Origin: a virus
Taxonomy: Duplodnaviria > Caudoviricetes
DNA: 64,000 nucleotides
IMG/VR virus record: IMGVR_UViG_3300033463_000081
Location: 1-64,000 of that record
Direction: 5' to 3' (one strand)
Made by a program: the position numbers and the translations under genes. Positions 1 to 9,549 of this stretch are shown one piece after another. Numbering within the stretch: the first letter of the stretch is position 1; each line of letters starts with the position of its first letter. Under the pieces are notes generated by a model. The model ran no database searches. It worked only from the letters and a program-made list of their open reading frames with translations, and was not told the DNA's origin.

Positions 1-62
1 TATCAAACCTTGAGTGGGCTACGAATAAGGAGCAGACAAACAGCGTAGTCACGTTCTCGCAT

Positions 63-293
63 ATGATGATTGTTTGGAAGAACACAGACTACCAAGCAAT
101 GGGTGCGAAAAGAAACTTTGGGCGAAGACCAGTTACGGTAATTATGAAAAACGGAGATGTCCGCAAATATCCGTCTTTGAAAGCTGCTGCCGGCGCACTT
201 GGCGCAAACTACAGTCACCTATCAGAAACTATTCGTGGGAAACGTCCGCAACGGAAGGGATTTACTATCGAATATGACGCTGCGCAAGATTGA
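63..293 (+). CDS. Small NUMOD1-like HTH DNA-binding protein
   Basis: RRPVTV...KYPSLKAAAGALGANYSHLSETIRG resembles the NUMOD1 helix-turn-helix. Confidence 0.5.
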   Translation: MMIVWKNTDYQAMGAKRNFGRRPVTVIMKNGDVRKYPSLKAAAGALGANYSHLSETIRGKRPQRKGFTIEYDAAQD

Positions 294-297
294 TCTC

Positions 298-573
298 ATG
301 CACAACCAGTTTGGCTTCAGTCCCGGACATAGGTGCAAGGAATGCTCCAACTTCAGCAGGGAGAAATACCATGACTACGCATATTCAAAGTGTGCGGTAT
401 ATGGTAACACAAATTCGGAGGCATCGGACTGGTCTGGCAGATATGATGCCTGCGGTATGTTCAATAAAGAATATGTGGGCGGAGATATCATCCGCTTGGT
501 ACGCCCAAGTCGCAACTCCATCATCAACGAACCCATAGAGGGACAGATAGATATATTTGAGGAGGAGATATAG
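298..573 (+). CDS. Hypothetical Cys-rich phage protein
   Basis: ATG 298 in the 199..573 frame; CxxC motifs; coupled to neighbours. Confidence 0.6.
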   Translation: MHNQFGFSPGHRCKECSNFSREKYHDYAYSKCAVYGNTNSEASDWSGRYDACGMFNKEYVGGDIIRLVRPSRNSIINEPIEGQIDIFEEEI

Positions 574-575
574 TA

Positions 576-1004
576 ATGTTCATTCCCGGCCCAACACACG
601 CAAGCCCAAGCGAAGTAGTGGATTATAAAAAATGGCTCTACGCAGATGAAAGCTCTACAGCATGGAACGCAATATTGACCACAAACACCTCATCCGACTA
701 CACGTTCCAGCTGGCTCCGTCTACAGGAGAGAACCCCAAGCTGGAGGTAGCGGCTCCGCCGTCTTTCACGCTGTCCACGGAACTCTACAGTGCCATGAAA
801 TGCTACACGCCGAAGAAGATAATCCGCAATGGCCCCGCCACTATCGTCATGTGGCCCGACAACACTAAGACCGTGGTCAAACGTGCGGACGGAGAAGAGG
901 ACAATACATACTCTGCGTTCTGCGCGGCCTTGGCCATCAAGATATTCGGCTCCAATTCAAAACTCAAGAAGACCGTGAAGACTCATACGGAGAAGCAGAA
1001 ATGA
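576..1004 (+). CDS. Conserved phage hypothetical protein
   Basis: RBS GAGGAG; C-terminal IIRNGPATIVMWPDNTKTVVKRADGE...FCAALAIK pattern typical of small phage proteins. Confidence 0.7.
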   Translation: MFIPGPTHASPSEVVDYKKWLYADESSTAWNAILTTNTSSDYTFQLAPSTGENPKLEVAAPPSFTLSTELYSAMKCYTPKKIIRNGPATIVMWPDNTKTVVKRADGEEDNTYSAFCAALAIKIFGSNSKLKKTVKTHTEKQK

Positions 1005-1192
1005 CGGAGCAGGACAAGGAGATGCAAGACCTCCGTAGGAAAGTAGACGAAATATCGGATACTCTGCGGAAAGCTCTGAATGACCTCATCTACGTCCTGA
1101 ATCAGCACAGCCTGTGCGAGATATGCGAGTATGCGGACGCCGACTGTATGCCCAATAGTCATAACTGCGTTCCAACATGGAGGGGATTATGA
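1001..1192 (+). CDS. Hypothetical protein
   Basis: ATGA-type overlap; C-terminal Cys cluster. Confidence 0.6.
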   Translation: MTEQDKEMQDLRRKVDEISDTLRKALNDLIYVLNQHSLCEICEYADADCMPNSHNCVPTWRGL

Positions 1193-1413
1193 AAGAGTGC
1201 TGTGTCAACTGCAAACTCCACTTCCCTCTCGTCAAGTTCGACTACACTCAGGGCGGATGCAAGCACAGTGATATGGATGGATATGTCTGCATGGCATTCG
1301 CAGACCCACGCATGGGAGAGCCTACGGTTGCCATATGGATGGTAGGATGTGACCCAAGCCGTGAGATGTGCGAGTGTTACGTTCCGAAGGAGGATATCGA
1401 ATGGAACGCATAA
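1189..1413 (+). CDS. Hypothetical Cys-rich protein
   Basis: Overlapping start, AGGGG RBS. Confidence 0.6.
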   Translation: MKECCVNCKLHFPLVKFDYTQGGCKHSDMDGYVCMAFADPRMGEPTVAIWMVGCDPSREMCECYVPKEDIEWNA

Positions 1414-1895
1414 CCGAATGGGATGAACGCTTTAATCATTGGGATTACCCATTCGACGAATACTTTGCCCAAGACGTTATCGACCGCCTTGCGGCTTACG
1501 AGGACTTGGGCCTTACACCCGAAGAAATCACGGCGCAACTGAACACCTATTCTTCCCTTCTCTGTGAAATCACGAAGAACAGACTAAGCAAGACCAACTA
1601 CGTTCTTGAGGACATTCTTCGCGTCTATAACACTGTACAGGAAGAAGAATGTGAGCAGTGCAACGATGGTATGGCAGAGACAATGCGAAAGCGAATCCGC
1701 AACATCCTGAAGAGCATATACGTCGTGACCGTGGTGGACTATGTGGACGGAGAAGCACAAGACCCTGTGACGTACCTGTTCGACAATGAGTATTCGGCGA
1801 ATCAGTGCCTCAAGGCATTATCCAATGGAACCAATAAGGTCTTCATGACAAAAGAAGAAGTATACGGAAGTTTCTGTGTAGGAGGACAGATATGA
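1401..1895 (+). CDS. Hypothetical protein
   Basis: AGGAGG RBS; MERIT...IDRLAAYEDLGLTPEEI motif common in phage accessory genes. Confidence 0.7.
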   Translation: MERITEWDERFNHWDYPFDEYFAQDVIDRLAAYEDLGLTPEEITAQLNTYSSLLCEITKNRLSKTNYVLEDILRVYNTVQEEECEQCNDGMAETMRKRIRNILKSIYVVTVVDYVDGEAQDPVTYLFDNEYSANQCLKALSNGTNKVFMTKEEVYGSFCVGGQI

Positions 1896-2134
1896 GGATT
1901 AGATTTAAGGCGCATAAGGACAGTGTGGACTCGCTCATCCTTGGGTTGGCAAAGTCGGGTATCCCGGTCACTGCCGATTGCGAGGAACTGCGCATGATTA
2001 AACCCGGTGATGTCTATATCACAGCGGACTTTCCCATTCCCGACACAAATGCTATGCCGGTGGTAGCCGAGACTGGAATGTTGCTGTACACCAAGAAGAA
2101 CCAAGACGATTATTACGAGAAGGGGGATACCTGA
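1892..2134 (+). CDS. Hypothetical protein
   Basis: AGGAGG RBS, ATGA overlap. Confidence 0.6.
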   Translation: MRIRFKAHKDSVDSLILGLAKSGIPVTADCEELRMIKPGDVYITADFPIPDTNAMPVVAETGMLLYTKKNQDDYYEKGDT

Positions 2135-2469
2135 TGTACTACACCGACAGAGTAGACGGATTTCAGATAGCCGATGTGACGTATATCGGATTACCTCCGA
2201 AAGATACACCGCCACGCTATGAGGTAATCCTGTGGTACGAGCATGAGCCGTGGGAAGCGATTGACGGATATACCGGCAAGAAGAAGACCGTCACAGAATC
2301 CTGCTATGTCGTTGCATTTATAGAGTGGAATCCGAAAGAACCCGATTTCGAGTTCCGCTCCGTTGGCCTGCGTTGGCTTGAGTCTGCGCCAACCAATAGG
2401 GTCATCAAGATGATACTCGACTTCTGCGAAGCGAAAGAGAAAGAACTCCTCGGAGATGAATATGGCTAA
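2134..2469 (+). CDS. Hypothetical protein
   Basis: TGATG coupling to the upstream ORF. Confidence 0.65.
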   Translation: MYYTDRVDGFQIADVTYIGLPPKDTPPRYEVILWYEHEPWEAIDGYTGKKKTVTESCYVVAFIEWNPKEPDFEFRSVGLRWLESAPTNRVIKMILDFCEAKEKELLGDEYG

Positions 2470-2746
2470 ACCTCAGAAACACAAAATAAACCCTAATAAA
2501 ATACCCAAGACCCAGGCGGACGTAGACCGAGCATATGAAAAGGGAAAGCTTGATGCCATGACCATCTTCCTCAACATCTGCGTCTTTACGCTCGGCTCCG
2601 ATATGGGTATGAGTGACGAAGACCTGGAGATATTCAATAAGCGTTTCGTGAAGAACCTTGAGTGCCATATCCAAGGTGAGATGCGAGAGAAAGATATTAA
2701 GGAAACACTCCTCGCAGAAAAAGGATGGGAGATTCAGATACTATGA
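2456..2746 (+). CDS. Hypothetical protein
   Basis: Overlapping ORF in operon. Confidence 0.6.
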   Translation: MNMAKPQKHKINPNKIPKTQADVDRAYEKGKLDAMTIFLNICVFTLGSDMGMSDEDLEIFNKRFVKNLECHIQGEMREKDIKETLLAEKGWEIQIL

Positions 2747-3090
2747 GAAGCCGTTGCCTTGACTGCCTATACTACTGCCATGAGCTTGGGTTCTGTTATA
2801 CCAGCAGAGGGAATCACCCCATATCCTGCGCCTACTATATCAAAGAGCGCAGCGATGATTCGCTTTCGATATCTTCCACGGAGTTGGAAAACGGCGTAAT
2901 CGCCTCCGCCTATGGACTCTCATATGAAGAAGTCATTCGTGGGCGCAATAGGTTGATGGAGGAATACTTTCAGCAAATTACCTGCATTGCCTGCGGTGCT
3001 CCGTTGGACGCCGTTACCCGTGGCAGGCACAAATTCTGCGCCAAGTGTGGGGTCTATCTCCCACGAATCATATACGATAAATCAGCATAA
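2743..3090 (+). CDS. Zn-ribbon-containing hypothetical protein
   Basis: CxxC motifs at both ends (CLDC, CIAC...CAKC). Confidence 0.55.
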   Translation: MRSRCLDCLYYCHELGFCYTSRGNHPISCAYYIKERSDDSLSISSTELENGVIASAYGLSYEEVIRGRNRLMEEYFQQITCIACGAPLDAVTRGRHKFCAKCGVYLPRIIYDKSA

Positions 3091-3101
3091 GGAGGAATTA
3101 T

Positions 3102-3458
3102 ATGGACGAGGAAGAAATCACCCGCGTAGATATTACCAATGCCGCTATCCAATATCCTAAGTGGTGGAAGCCTTGGGCAGAGGTTATTTACATAGACACC
3201 CCCAAGTTGCTCTCGTTTGACATCTTTGAACGCTTTGATATACGCCCTTGGCACATAAGGATACTGGACAACGAAGAGCTTCCATATGTCGGAGTTATTT
3301 GCCGAATCAGGATGAAGCGCATCATTCCTTTTTTCAAGAGCATGGTGGAACTTCGTAAGCTCATCCTCATGTGCGGATATAATGACTACGATGATTTCTG
3401 CGCTCAGTTCATTAACGAGGAAACTGCTTCCCAAGCGGAGGTTAATGTAGATGACTGA
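3102..3458 (+). CDS. Hypothetical protein
   Basis: AAGGAGG RBS. Confidence 0.65.
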   Translation: MDEEEITRVDITNAAIQYPKWWKPWAEVIYIDTPKLLSFDIFERFDIRPWHIRILDNEELPYVGVICRIRMKRIIPFFKSMVELRKLILMCGYNDYDDFCAQFINEETASQAEVNVDD

Positions 3459-3660
3459 GCGAGAACTCAAAGCCGCCGCCTTTGGCATCATCACCTACTG
3501 CTCCATCTGTCAGACTGGAGAACCTCCCGCGTTGGACACGGATGAACAGATAATCGAAGCCGCCGCTTTCCTCGATGACAACATCTTAGAACTTACTCTT
3601 GAGATATGCTCTGGGGCTGACCTCGATGGTCTGGAAATGTTTGAGTCGGAGGAAGTATAA
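3451..3660 (+). CDS. Acidic hypothetical protein
   Basis: GGAGG RBS, overlap with the upstream stop. Confidence 0.55.
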   Translation: MTERELKAAAFGIITYCSICQTGEPPALDTDEQIIEAAAFLDDNILELTLEICSGADLDGLEMFESEEV

Positions 3661-3698
3661 ATCAGATGTCTTCAAAATGAGGACACCTTATAAAACAA

Positions 3699-3739
3699 AA
3701 AAGGGGAATCATGAGAAAGTATCTCACGATTCCCCTTTA
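3699..3739. terminator. Bidirectional terminator-like hairpin
   Basis: AAGGGGAATC(A)TGAG ... CTCA(C)GATTCCCCTT between convergent genes. Confidence 0.7.
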
Positions 3740-3766
3740 AGTTTATCTATTCGATTGAGTTCAATA

Positions 3767-4020
3767 TTCTCCCACACTTTCTCCCACACTTGTTTGACGA
3801 AAACTGACTATTTTGGGCTTTTGAGCATGGTATTTTAACGGAAGAATACTGCTATATTCATTTAAGAAACCATTGATAAATCAAGGTTTTCTGATTGTTA
3901 TTCATAATTATCGTATAATTATGGCAGTTAATTACTTGTCAGCATATGTAACCCCTATACCCATTGAAATTACTGGGTATTTTGTCCTTTCGTTAGTGTT
4001 CTCCCACAGATTCTCCCACA
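3767..4020. other. attP site: four arm-type repeats around a palindromic core
   Basis: TTCTCCCACA at 3767, 3779, 3999, 4011 (two pairs, 12-bp period); CATAATTA-TCGTA-TAATTATG at 3903-3923; AT-rich; adjoins the integrase 3' end. Confidence 0.75.
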
Positions 4021-5204
4021 GGGAGTATGTACTGTGTGGCACGGATAGCTTCGGGTTCACCGCTGTCGGTGTATATATTGGACGTGGTGGAGATATCCTC
4101 GTGACCCATGAGGTACTTGGTCACTTCCACCGGGACGCCCAACCTCTGCATGTCCGTGCAGAATGTATGTCGAAGCGTATACAGGCTAATATCGGCTGAC
4201 AGCCTATGTCCGTTCAAAGGTTTGGATGGGTCAGCTGGGTCTGGGTATAACGGTGTACCGTCATACTTTACGTCCTTTTCGTCCGGGATATGGTTGTGTA
4301 TACGGATGGCTCCCATCTCTATGTCCATCAGCCGTGCGAACGAGCGCCAGTATGTATGTATGTTTTGGTCTGTCATCATTCCACCGCCGTATTTGGGAAA
4401 GAGAAAGTCATCCGGCTGTTTCTGTTCAACAAAATCACGCAACCGTGATATAAGGTCGATGTCATTGATGACGGTGTGGCGGATACCGGCGTTCGTCTTG
4501 GGCGTGGAAATCAGATTCGTGCCGGACTCTACGGCATCGTCTATCTTGACTATGGCTTTATCAAGGTCAAGCTGGCGCACACGGAGGGCGCGGACTTCGT
4601 TAGGGCGCATACCCGTGGCAAGCATGAAACGGAACAGATACCCACTCCGATGTTTCTCCGCCACCTTGAAGAATATCTCTTTCTCGTATGGCGTGAATGA
4701 GCGTCTGCTCCCTTTCTCCACGGCGGGCAGGTCGAGGTTCACAGCCGGATTGAACATGATGAGCCGCGAGACGTTTGCCTGCGTGAACATCATCTTGAGT
4801 ATCATCCGTATCTTTTGGGCGTGGGCGTAGGACATCCCCCTCTGAGCGTTGAGGATGCCACGGAGGTCTGTGTCTGTGACAGACGCAAGGCGCATCTCCC
4901 CTATCGCCGGAACGATGTGCAGGCGTGTCACGATATCGTAAGTTCGATAGGAGTTCTCCGACATAGTACCGGGCAACTTAGGCGCACCGGGCTTGCGGAC
5001 TCTCGGCTTGATATAATCTTTCAGCCATTCGTCCACCCAAGTCGATACTTTCATATCGGTTCCGATGTATCCGCTCTTGGCCGCGTCTATCTTCCGTGCC
5101 AGTCTGCGCTCCGCCTCGCGTTGCGTCTTCCCCGTTGCCTCGTAACGCTTGCCATTATAGGTTTCCGTTGCTCTCGGATAGTTGTACTTTTTCTTCTTAG
5201 CCAA
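3993..5204 (-). CDS. int: Tyrosine integrase (lysogeny)
   Basis: 403 aa; arm-binding N-terminus; GMRPNE, TPKT, LRHTF, LMGH, SNIY catalytic motifs. Confidence 0.95.
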   Translation of the reverse strand: MAKKKKYNYPRATETYNGKRYEATGKTQREAERRLARKIDAAKSGYIGTDMKVSTWVDEWLKDYIKPRVRKPGAPKLPGTMSENSYRTYDIVTRLHIVPAIGEMRLASVTDTDLRGILNAQRGMSYAHAQKIRMILKMMFTQANVSRLIMFNPAVNLDLPAVEKGSRRSFTPYEKEIFFKVAEKHRSGYLFRFMLATGMRPNEVRALRVRQLDLDKAIVKIDDAVESGTNLISTPKTNAGIRHTVINDIDLISRLRDFVEQKQPDDFLFPKYGGGMMTDQNIHTYWRSFARLMDIEMGAIRIHNHIPDEKDVKYDGTPLYPDPADPSKPLNGHRLSADISLYTLRHTFCTDMQRLGVPVEVTKYLMGHEDISTTSNIYTDSGEPEAIRATQYILPVGESVGEH

Positions 5205-5317
5205 TATTGTACCTCGAAATAATAGCTAATATTTTACCTATATCCGCAGGAATCAAGCTGTTTTTGCCAACATACGAGCGATTCTGTTTTTGATTAATAG
5301 TATCGCCTGACGATATA

Positions 5318-5554
5318 TCAGATATCCTCAATATCCTTTATCGGCCTACCGTTATAGAAGTCATCATTGAGTATGTGATTGACTTCATGGCGGTAGGTCT
5401 TTTTTGCTTTGCGCATATCGCAGAGGAGGTTCTTATCCATGAGTATGGTGAATGTGCCGTCTTCGTTCAATACAACGCAGCCGCCCTCCGTTCCGTTGTC
5501 GGGTGGGAACGGAACCCAATACACCCTATAGTCTACCCCTGGAATAAGACTCAA
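5318..5554 (-). CDS. Minimal ImmA/IrrE-like metallopeptidase (anti-repressor)
   Basis: HEVNH (HExxH) motif; directly downstream of the repressor. Confidence 0.65.
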   Translation of the reverse strand: MSLIPGVDYRVYWVPFPPDNGTEGGCVVLNEDGTFTILMDKNLLCDMRKAKKTYRHEVNHILNDDFYNGRPIKDIEDI

Positions 5555-6030
5555 TCTTTATCACTCCCAATGAAATCAGACAGCCAGTCGGCGAGTCTGA
5601 GCGCCTGCGCTTCGGTCATGTTCTTTGTGGCGGACAGCAACGCTCTGCGCCCAGGTTGGTTTCTTAAAGCCTCTAACGCCACTTCAAGCCCTGTATCGGT
5701 TGGCATTTCCACTTTCGGCTTAACTTCTTCTTCTGCCGCCTGGACTTGCGGTTTCGGAGGCTCCGAAATCCTCTCATTCGGCAGCAACAGCCCCGGCGCA
5801 ATCCCAAGCTCTTTTGCCATTTCATAAACATTGTCCGGCGTAACGCCAACAAGGTCACCAACCGTAACGCCAAAATAATCCGCAACTCTGAGTAAAGTTG
5901 CGTATCTTGGCATAGCGCCTTTGACCCACCGTGTAATAGTAGATTTCTGAATACCGATTTCTACCGCAACCGCCGATGGAGATTTGCCTTCTTTGGCGCA
6001 CAGCCTCAAATAGTTTTCATAAAATTGCAC
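5551..6030 (-). CDS. CI/ImmR-like XRE HTH repressor
   Basis: GTG start with GGAGG RBS; FYENYLRLC...SPSAVAVEIGIQKSTITRW...P...TLLRVADYFGVTV. Confidence 0.9.
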   Translation of the reverse strand: MQFYENYLRLCAKEGKSPSAVAVEIGIQKSTITRWVKGAMPRYATLLRVADYFGVTVGDLVGVTPDNVYEMAKELGIAPGLLLPNERISEPPKPQVQAAEEEVKPKVEMPTDTGLEVALEALRNQPGRRALLSATKNMTEAQALRLADWLSDFIGSDKD

Positions 6031-6090
6031 AATACGGCCTCCCTTGATTTGTTCATTCATACAAAGATGCTGCAATAGGCAATTTTGGAG

Positions 6091-6119
6091 TTGACTTTGA
6101 TTATTTTATGTTATACTAT
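6091..6119 (+). promoter_or_regulatory. Rightward lytic promoter (sigmaA-like)
   Basis: TTGACT-17 bp-TACTAT upstream of the Cro-like gene. Confidence 0.55.
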
Positions 6120-6295
6120 GGCATCGTGAGTTGCGTAAGTGACAACAAAAATCCAAGCCCCGGTAGCGATTACCCGTGCGTTGCTTTGTATGAGTGTCAG
6201 CAACATCATAATAACACACACGGGTTACAAATGCAATAACAAGATACGGGGCTGGCGCAACTCTCCACCACAAAAGAGAGGAAAGGAGGAGGGAT

Positions 6296-6499
6296 ATGCC
6301 ACCGAACGATTTTCAGAAAGCCGTAAAGCATCGGCTGATAGACCTTGAAAAAACCAACAAATGGTTATGCGAAGAGGTCACGAAGAGATGCGGGCGCTAC
6401 TGCGACAATGCCACGCTGCGCCGATGTTTGGACGGCACGACAAAGAAATCGCCGATTATTGACGCTATCCGGGAAACGCTCGATCTGCCCGAAGAATAA
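6296..6499 (+). CDS. Cro-like HTH protein
   Basis: 67 aa, divergent from the repressor, strong RBS. Confidence 0.7.
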   Translation: MPPNDFQKAVKHRLIDLEKTNKWLCEEVTKRCGRYCDNATLRRCLDGTTKKSPIIDAIRETLDLPEE

Positions 6500-6547
6500 C
6501 ATCACCGATGTCCTATAGAACGGACAGAGAAGAAAGGAGAACGTTCC

Positions 6548-7333
6548 TTGGGTCGCAAGTTTGAACCCATCATAGACCCTGAGTTTGAAGCTTTGATACC
6601 TCCGTTGTCGGATGAAGAGTTTTCCCAACTGGAGCAGAACATACTGGACGCGGGGGAATGCTATGACCCTCTGATAACTTGGAACAAGGTTCTGCTGGAT
6701 GGACACAACCGTTGGAAAATCATTCAGAAACATCCTGACGAAATCAGCTACGAATGCTCAGAGATGATTTTCTTCTCCCGAAACGAAGCGATGGTTTGGA
6801 TGATTCGCAATCAGCTTGGGCGCAGGAACCTTACGGCGTTCGCCCGAACGGAACTGTCCTTGAAGCTGAAGCCACTGTTGGCTGAAGAAGCGGAAAAGCG
6901 AATGAAAGCTGGGAAAGCAGACCCTACGCAGAAATCTGCGGGGGGTGAAGTCAGAGATGAAATAGCCAAGGCTGCCCAAGTATCACACGATACGGTTTCT
7001 AAGGTAGAGAAGATTCTCGACAAAGCCCCGGAAGAAGTCAAAGACCAACTAAGGCGCGGAGAGGTCAGCATCAATAAGGCTTTCAACATGGTACGAGATT
7101 CGGAAAAGCAGAAAGCCGATACGGACGCACCGAAGCCTACTCGTAAGGTCAAAGAATACGGAGTGTCGGATCTGGAACGAGACATTACCGAAATCCTTGA
7201 TTGGTGCATAGACCAACTCCATATCCTTATTGACGCACACCAGGATATTGCCACAGACAGCCCGGATACAGTGCTTACGGCCATCGAAGAGTTTGAGCGG
7301 AGCATGGCCGAAGTGAAAGAACGAGTCCAATAA
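6548..7333 (+). CDS. ParB/Srx N-terminal-domain protein with HTH
   Basis: IDPEFEALIPPLSDEEFSQLEQNI...LLDGHNRW; RDEIAKAAQVSHDTVSKV. Confidence 0.8.
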   Translation: MGRKFEPIIDPEFEALIPPLSDEEFSQLEQNILDAGECYDPLITWNKVLLDGHNRWKIIQKHPDEISYECSEMIFFSRNEAMVWMIRNQLGRRNLTAFARTELSLKLKPLLAEEAEKRMKAGKADPTQKSAGGEVRDEIAKAAQVSHDTVSKVEKILDKAPEEVKDQLRRGEVSINKAFNMVRDSEKQKADTDAPKPTRKVKEYGVSDLERDITEILDWCIDQLHILIDAHQDIATDSPDTVLTAIEEFERSMAEVKERVQ

Positions 7334-7360
7334 TACAACACATAAGAAAGGATAAAGCAA

Positions 7361-8182
7361 ATGAAAAGTGCTCCCGAAATCATCACCCCGCAAATGGCCA
7401 AGAAGTATCTTGAGAAAAACACGAACAACCGCACTGTCCGCCCCAGCACTGTCAAGCGGTATGCGAATGACATGAAAAATGGGAACTGGCAGTTCACCGA
7501 TCAGGGCATCTCTTTCCATGAGGACGGCTCCCTGGCAAACGGTCAGCACCGCCTTCTCGCCATCATTGAGAGTAACACTCCCACAAAGATGTACGTTACC
7601 CGCGGAGTTCCCAACGGGTCTAGAATCTTTGACCGTGGCGCAAGCCGCTCTGCGGCCGATACCCTGACCATCTCCGGCTTTGGCGGAGAGATAGCCAACA
7701 ACAATCTCCTCGCAGGCGTTAATTTTCTGTTTAACTACAGCAAGGGTCGTGCGCCTACCGACACTATGATTGCCCGCTTTTGCAGCGAGAACCATGACCT
7801 CATCGTAAAGGCTACCGAACTCACCACCAGTGGCAGCGGAAAAGACAAGCCCGCAAGAAAAGCCCCCGTGGTTGCCGCTGCGTTCTGCGCCCTCTTCTGT
7901 GGCATAGACGAGGATGGGCTGCGTGATTTCTTCTCCGCCGTCAATACCGGGTTCATTGATGGGCGAGAGCAGTCCGCCGCCATCGTTCTTCGCAATTACC
8001 TCACGATGAAGTACGGACGTGCGTCATCCGATGAAAAGAAATACCTCTTTATGGCTACCACTCAGGCCATTTCCGATTTCACAAAAGGCAGGAGCCGGAC
8101 GAAATCGTACCCGGCCAATACCAAGCCCGTATTTTATAGGTACGTCAAGGCGGAGCTTCTCGACGATTACCAGATGTCATGA
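7361..8182 (+). CDS. ParB-like (GQHR motif) protein
   Basis: ITPQMAKKYLEKNTNNR...YANDM..G.W...G.L.NGQHRLLAI. Confidence 0.7.
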   Translation: MKSAPEIITPQMAKKYLEKNTNNRTVRPSTVKRYANDMKNGNWQFTDQGISFHEDGSLANGQHRLLAIIESNTPTKMYVTRGVPNGSRIFDRGASRSAADTLTISGFGGEIANNNLLAGVNFLFNYSKGRAPTDTMIARFCSENHDLIVKATELTTSGSGKDKPARKAPVVAAAFCALFCGIDEDGLRDFFSAVNTGFIDGREQSAAIVLRNYLTMKYGRASSDEKKYLFMATTQAISDFTKGRSRTKSYPANTKPVFYRYVKAELLDDYQMS

Positions 8183-8421
8183 GAAAGCCTAATATGCCTC
8201 CGTGCAAGGAAAGCCGTGACAGCCCGGACTGCCCAAATAGGGCGGTCGGCTGTCAGGCGACATGCGAGAAATATCTTGCGTTCCGTGCCGAGCGTGACAA
8301 GCTGTCGGCGGAACGAAAGAAAGAATATATCGCATGGGATTATGACGCAGCCGCAATATACAGAAAGCGTCATTCGCTGAAACAGACGGACGCGGGGCGC
8401 AAGGCACTGTCGAAGAGGTAA
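8179..8421 (+). CDS. Hypothetical protein
   Basis: ATGA overlap; Cys/His cluster. Confidence 0.6.
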   Translation: MRKPNMPPCKESRDSPDCPNRAVGCQATCEKYLAFRAERDKLSAERKKEYIAWDYDAAAIYRKRHSLKQTDAGRKALSKR

Positions 8422-8427
8422 CACGTT

Positions 8428-8658
8428 ATGCCGAGAGTGAATCTCAATGTGAATTCTGCGGTAAAGGACAGGCAGAAACTCCTTTATGACCGCTATGGAG
8501 GTTTCATGACCATAGCGGAAATCATGAGGGAACTGGGCGTGAGCCGAAACACCGCCATCAGATTTGCCGCACAGTTGCCGTGCTACTATCCCACCGGGGT
8601 AAGAAGGTATGACATACGAGATGTCGCCAAGGCGATAGAGACGAGGAGGAACCAATGA
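8428..8658 (+). CDS. Excisionase-like HTH protein
   Basis: MTIAEIMRELGVSRNTA...RRYDIRDV (MerR/Xis-like). Confidence 0.55.
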   Translation: MPRVNLNVNSAVKDRQKLLYDRYGGFMTIAEIMRELGVSRNTAIRFAAQLPCYYPTGVRRYDIRDVAKAIETRRNQ

Positions 8659-8903
8659 GAAAAGACCCATACGGAGCCGGAGGGGCGGTAAGACCTTGGC
8701 TCAGTTCCGATTCTCTCCCTCCGTATAATTTCGGAGAGGTAGGCGTTGTAGGTGGGCAGGTCGGCCACCACAACATCAATGAAGACAACCAAAAGGAGAT
8801 AGACGCCTGTCTTCATTGCCCATTTCCCTCCTGCGAGGGAACCGCCAACAAGTGCCGTTCGTTCCGGGTACACTACATAGCACGATTGGAGCACAGAGAA
8901 TGA
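8655..8903 (+). CDS. Hypothetical protein
   Basis: ATGA overlaps on both sides. Confidence 0.55.
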   Translation: MRKDPYGAGGAVRPWLSSDSLPPYNFGEVGVVGGQVGHHNINEDNQKEIDACLHCPFPSCEGTANKCRSFRVHYIARLEHRE

Positions 8904-9547
8904 GCCTCGTATACGAACACCACGACACCAGAGATGACTGGCTGTTTGGGCGAAACAATTTCATAGGTGCGTCCGAAGCCGGAGCCATCATGGGCGTTGG
9001 CTTTATATCAAGGATTGACTTATGGAAGGAGAAGACCGGGCGCTCCGAACGAAAGTCATTGGAGAAGAACGAGGCGGTTCAGTACGGAAAGCGGGCTGAA
9101 AACCCCCTTAGAAATCTGTTCTTGGCAAAGCACCCGGAATTTGCCAGACAGTATCGCCCATATGACTATCTCTATCAGGAAGAACGTCCGTGGCTGAGAG
9201 CCACATTGGACGGAGAGATATATCTGTACGGCAAGAGCGATGACCGTGGCATTTTGGAAATCAAAACCGCCACTTGTTCATCACGAGCCGACTGGCAGAA
9301 ATGGAACAAACAAGTGCCTAACGGGTATTACTGCCAAATCCTGCATCAGATGCTTGCGTCCGGCTTTCGGTGGGCATATCTGTTCGCCGAACTGACGAAC
9401 GGAGTGACGGGTGTCGCGGAACTGCGCCAGTACTACTTTGCTGCCGACGAATGCCGAGAGGATATGGAGTATCTGCTCGGCGAGGAGGAAACGTTTTGGG
9501 AGTGCGTACAGACGGACAGAATGCCGTCCGTGCCACTGAGGATATAG
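8900..9547 (+). CDS. YqaJ-like viral recombinase exonuclease
   Basis: WL..R..FIGASEAG.IMG; ATLDG; LEIKT; YYCQILHQM. Confidence 0.9.
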   Translation: MSLVYEHHDTRDDWLFGRNNFIGASEAGAIMGVGFISRIDLWKEKTGRSERKSLEKNEAVQYGKRAENPLRNLFLAKHPEFARQYRPYDYLYQEERPWLRATLDGEIYLYGKSDDRGILEIKTATCSSRADWQKWNKQVPNGYYCQILHQMLASGFRWAYLFAELTNGVTGVAELRQYYFAADECREDMEYLLGEEETFWECVQTDRMPSVPLRI

Positions 9548-9549
9548 TT

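Noticed and set aside
3937-3948. TGTCAGCATATG in attP is the reverse complement of the pseudo-tRNA 5' end (23847-23858); the window also ends in TGTCAGC
   Set aside because: 12-mer and 7-mer matches are expected by chance in 64 kb and there is no mechanistic link.
7361-8182. Complete Dnd/Ssp phosphorothioation system (GQHR protein plus cysteine desulfurase)
   Set aside because: No PAPS-reductase-like DndC or ATPase DndD; the two genes are 43 kb apart.
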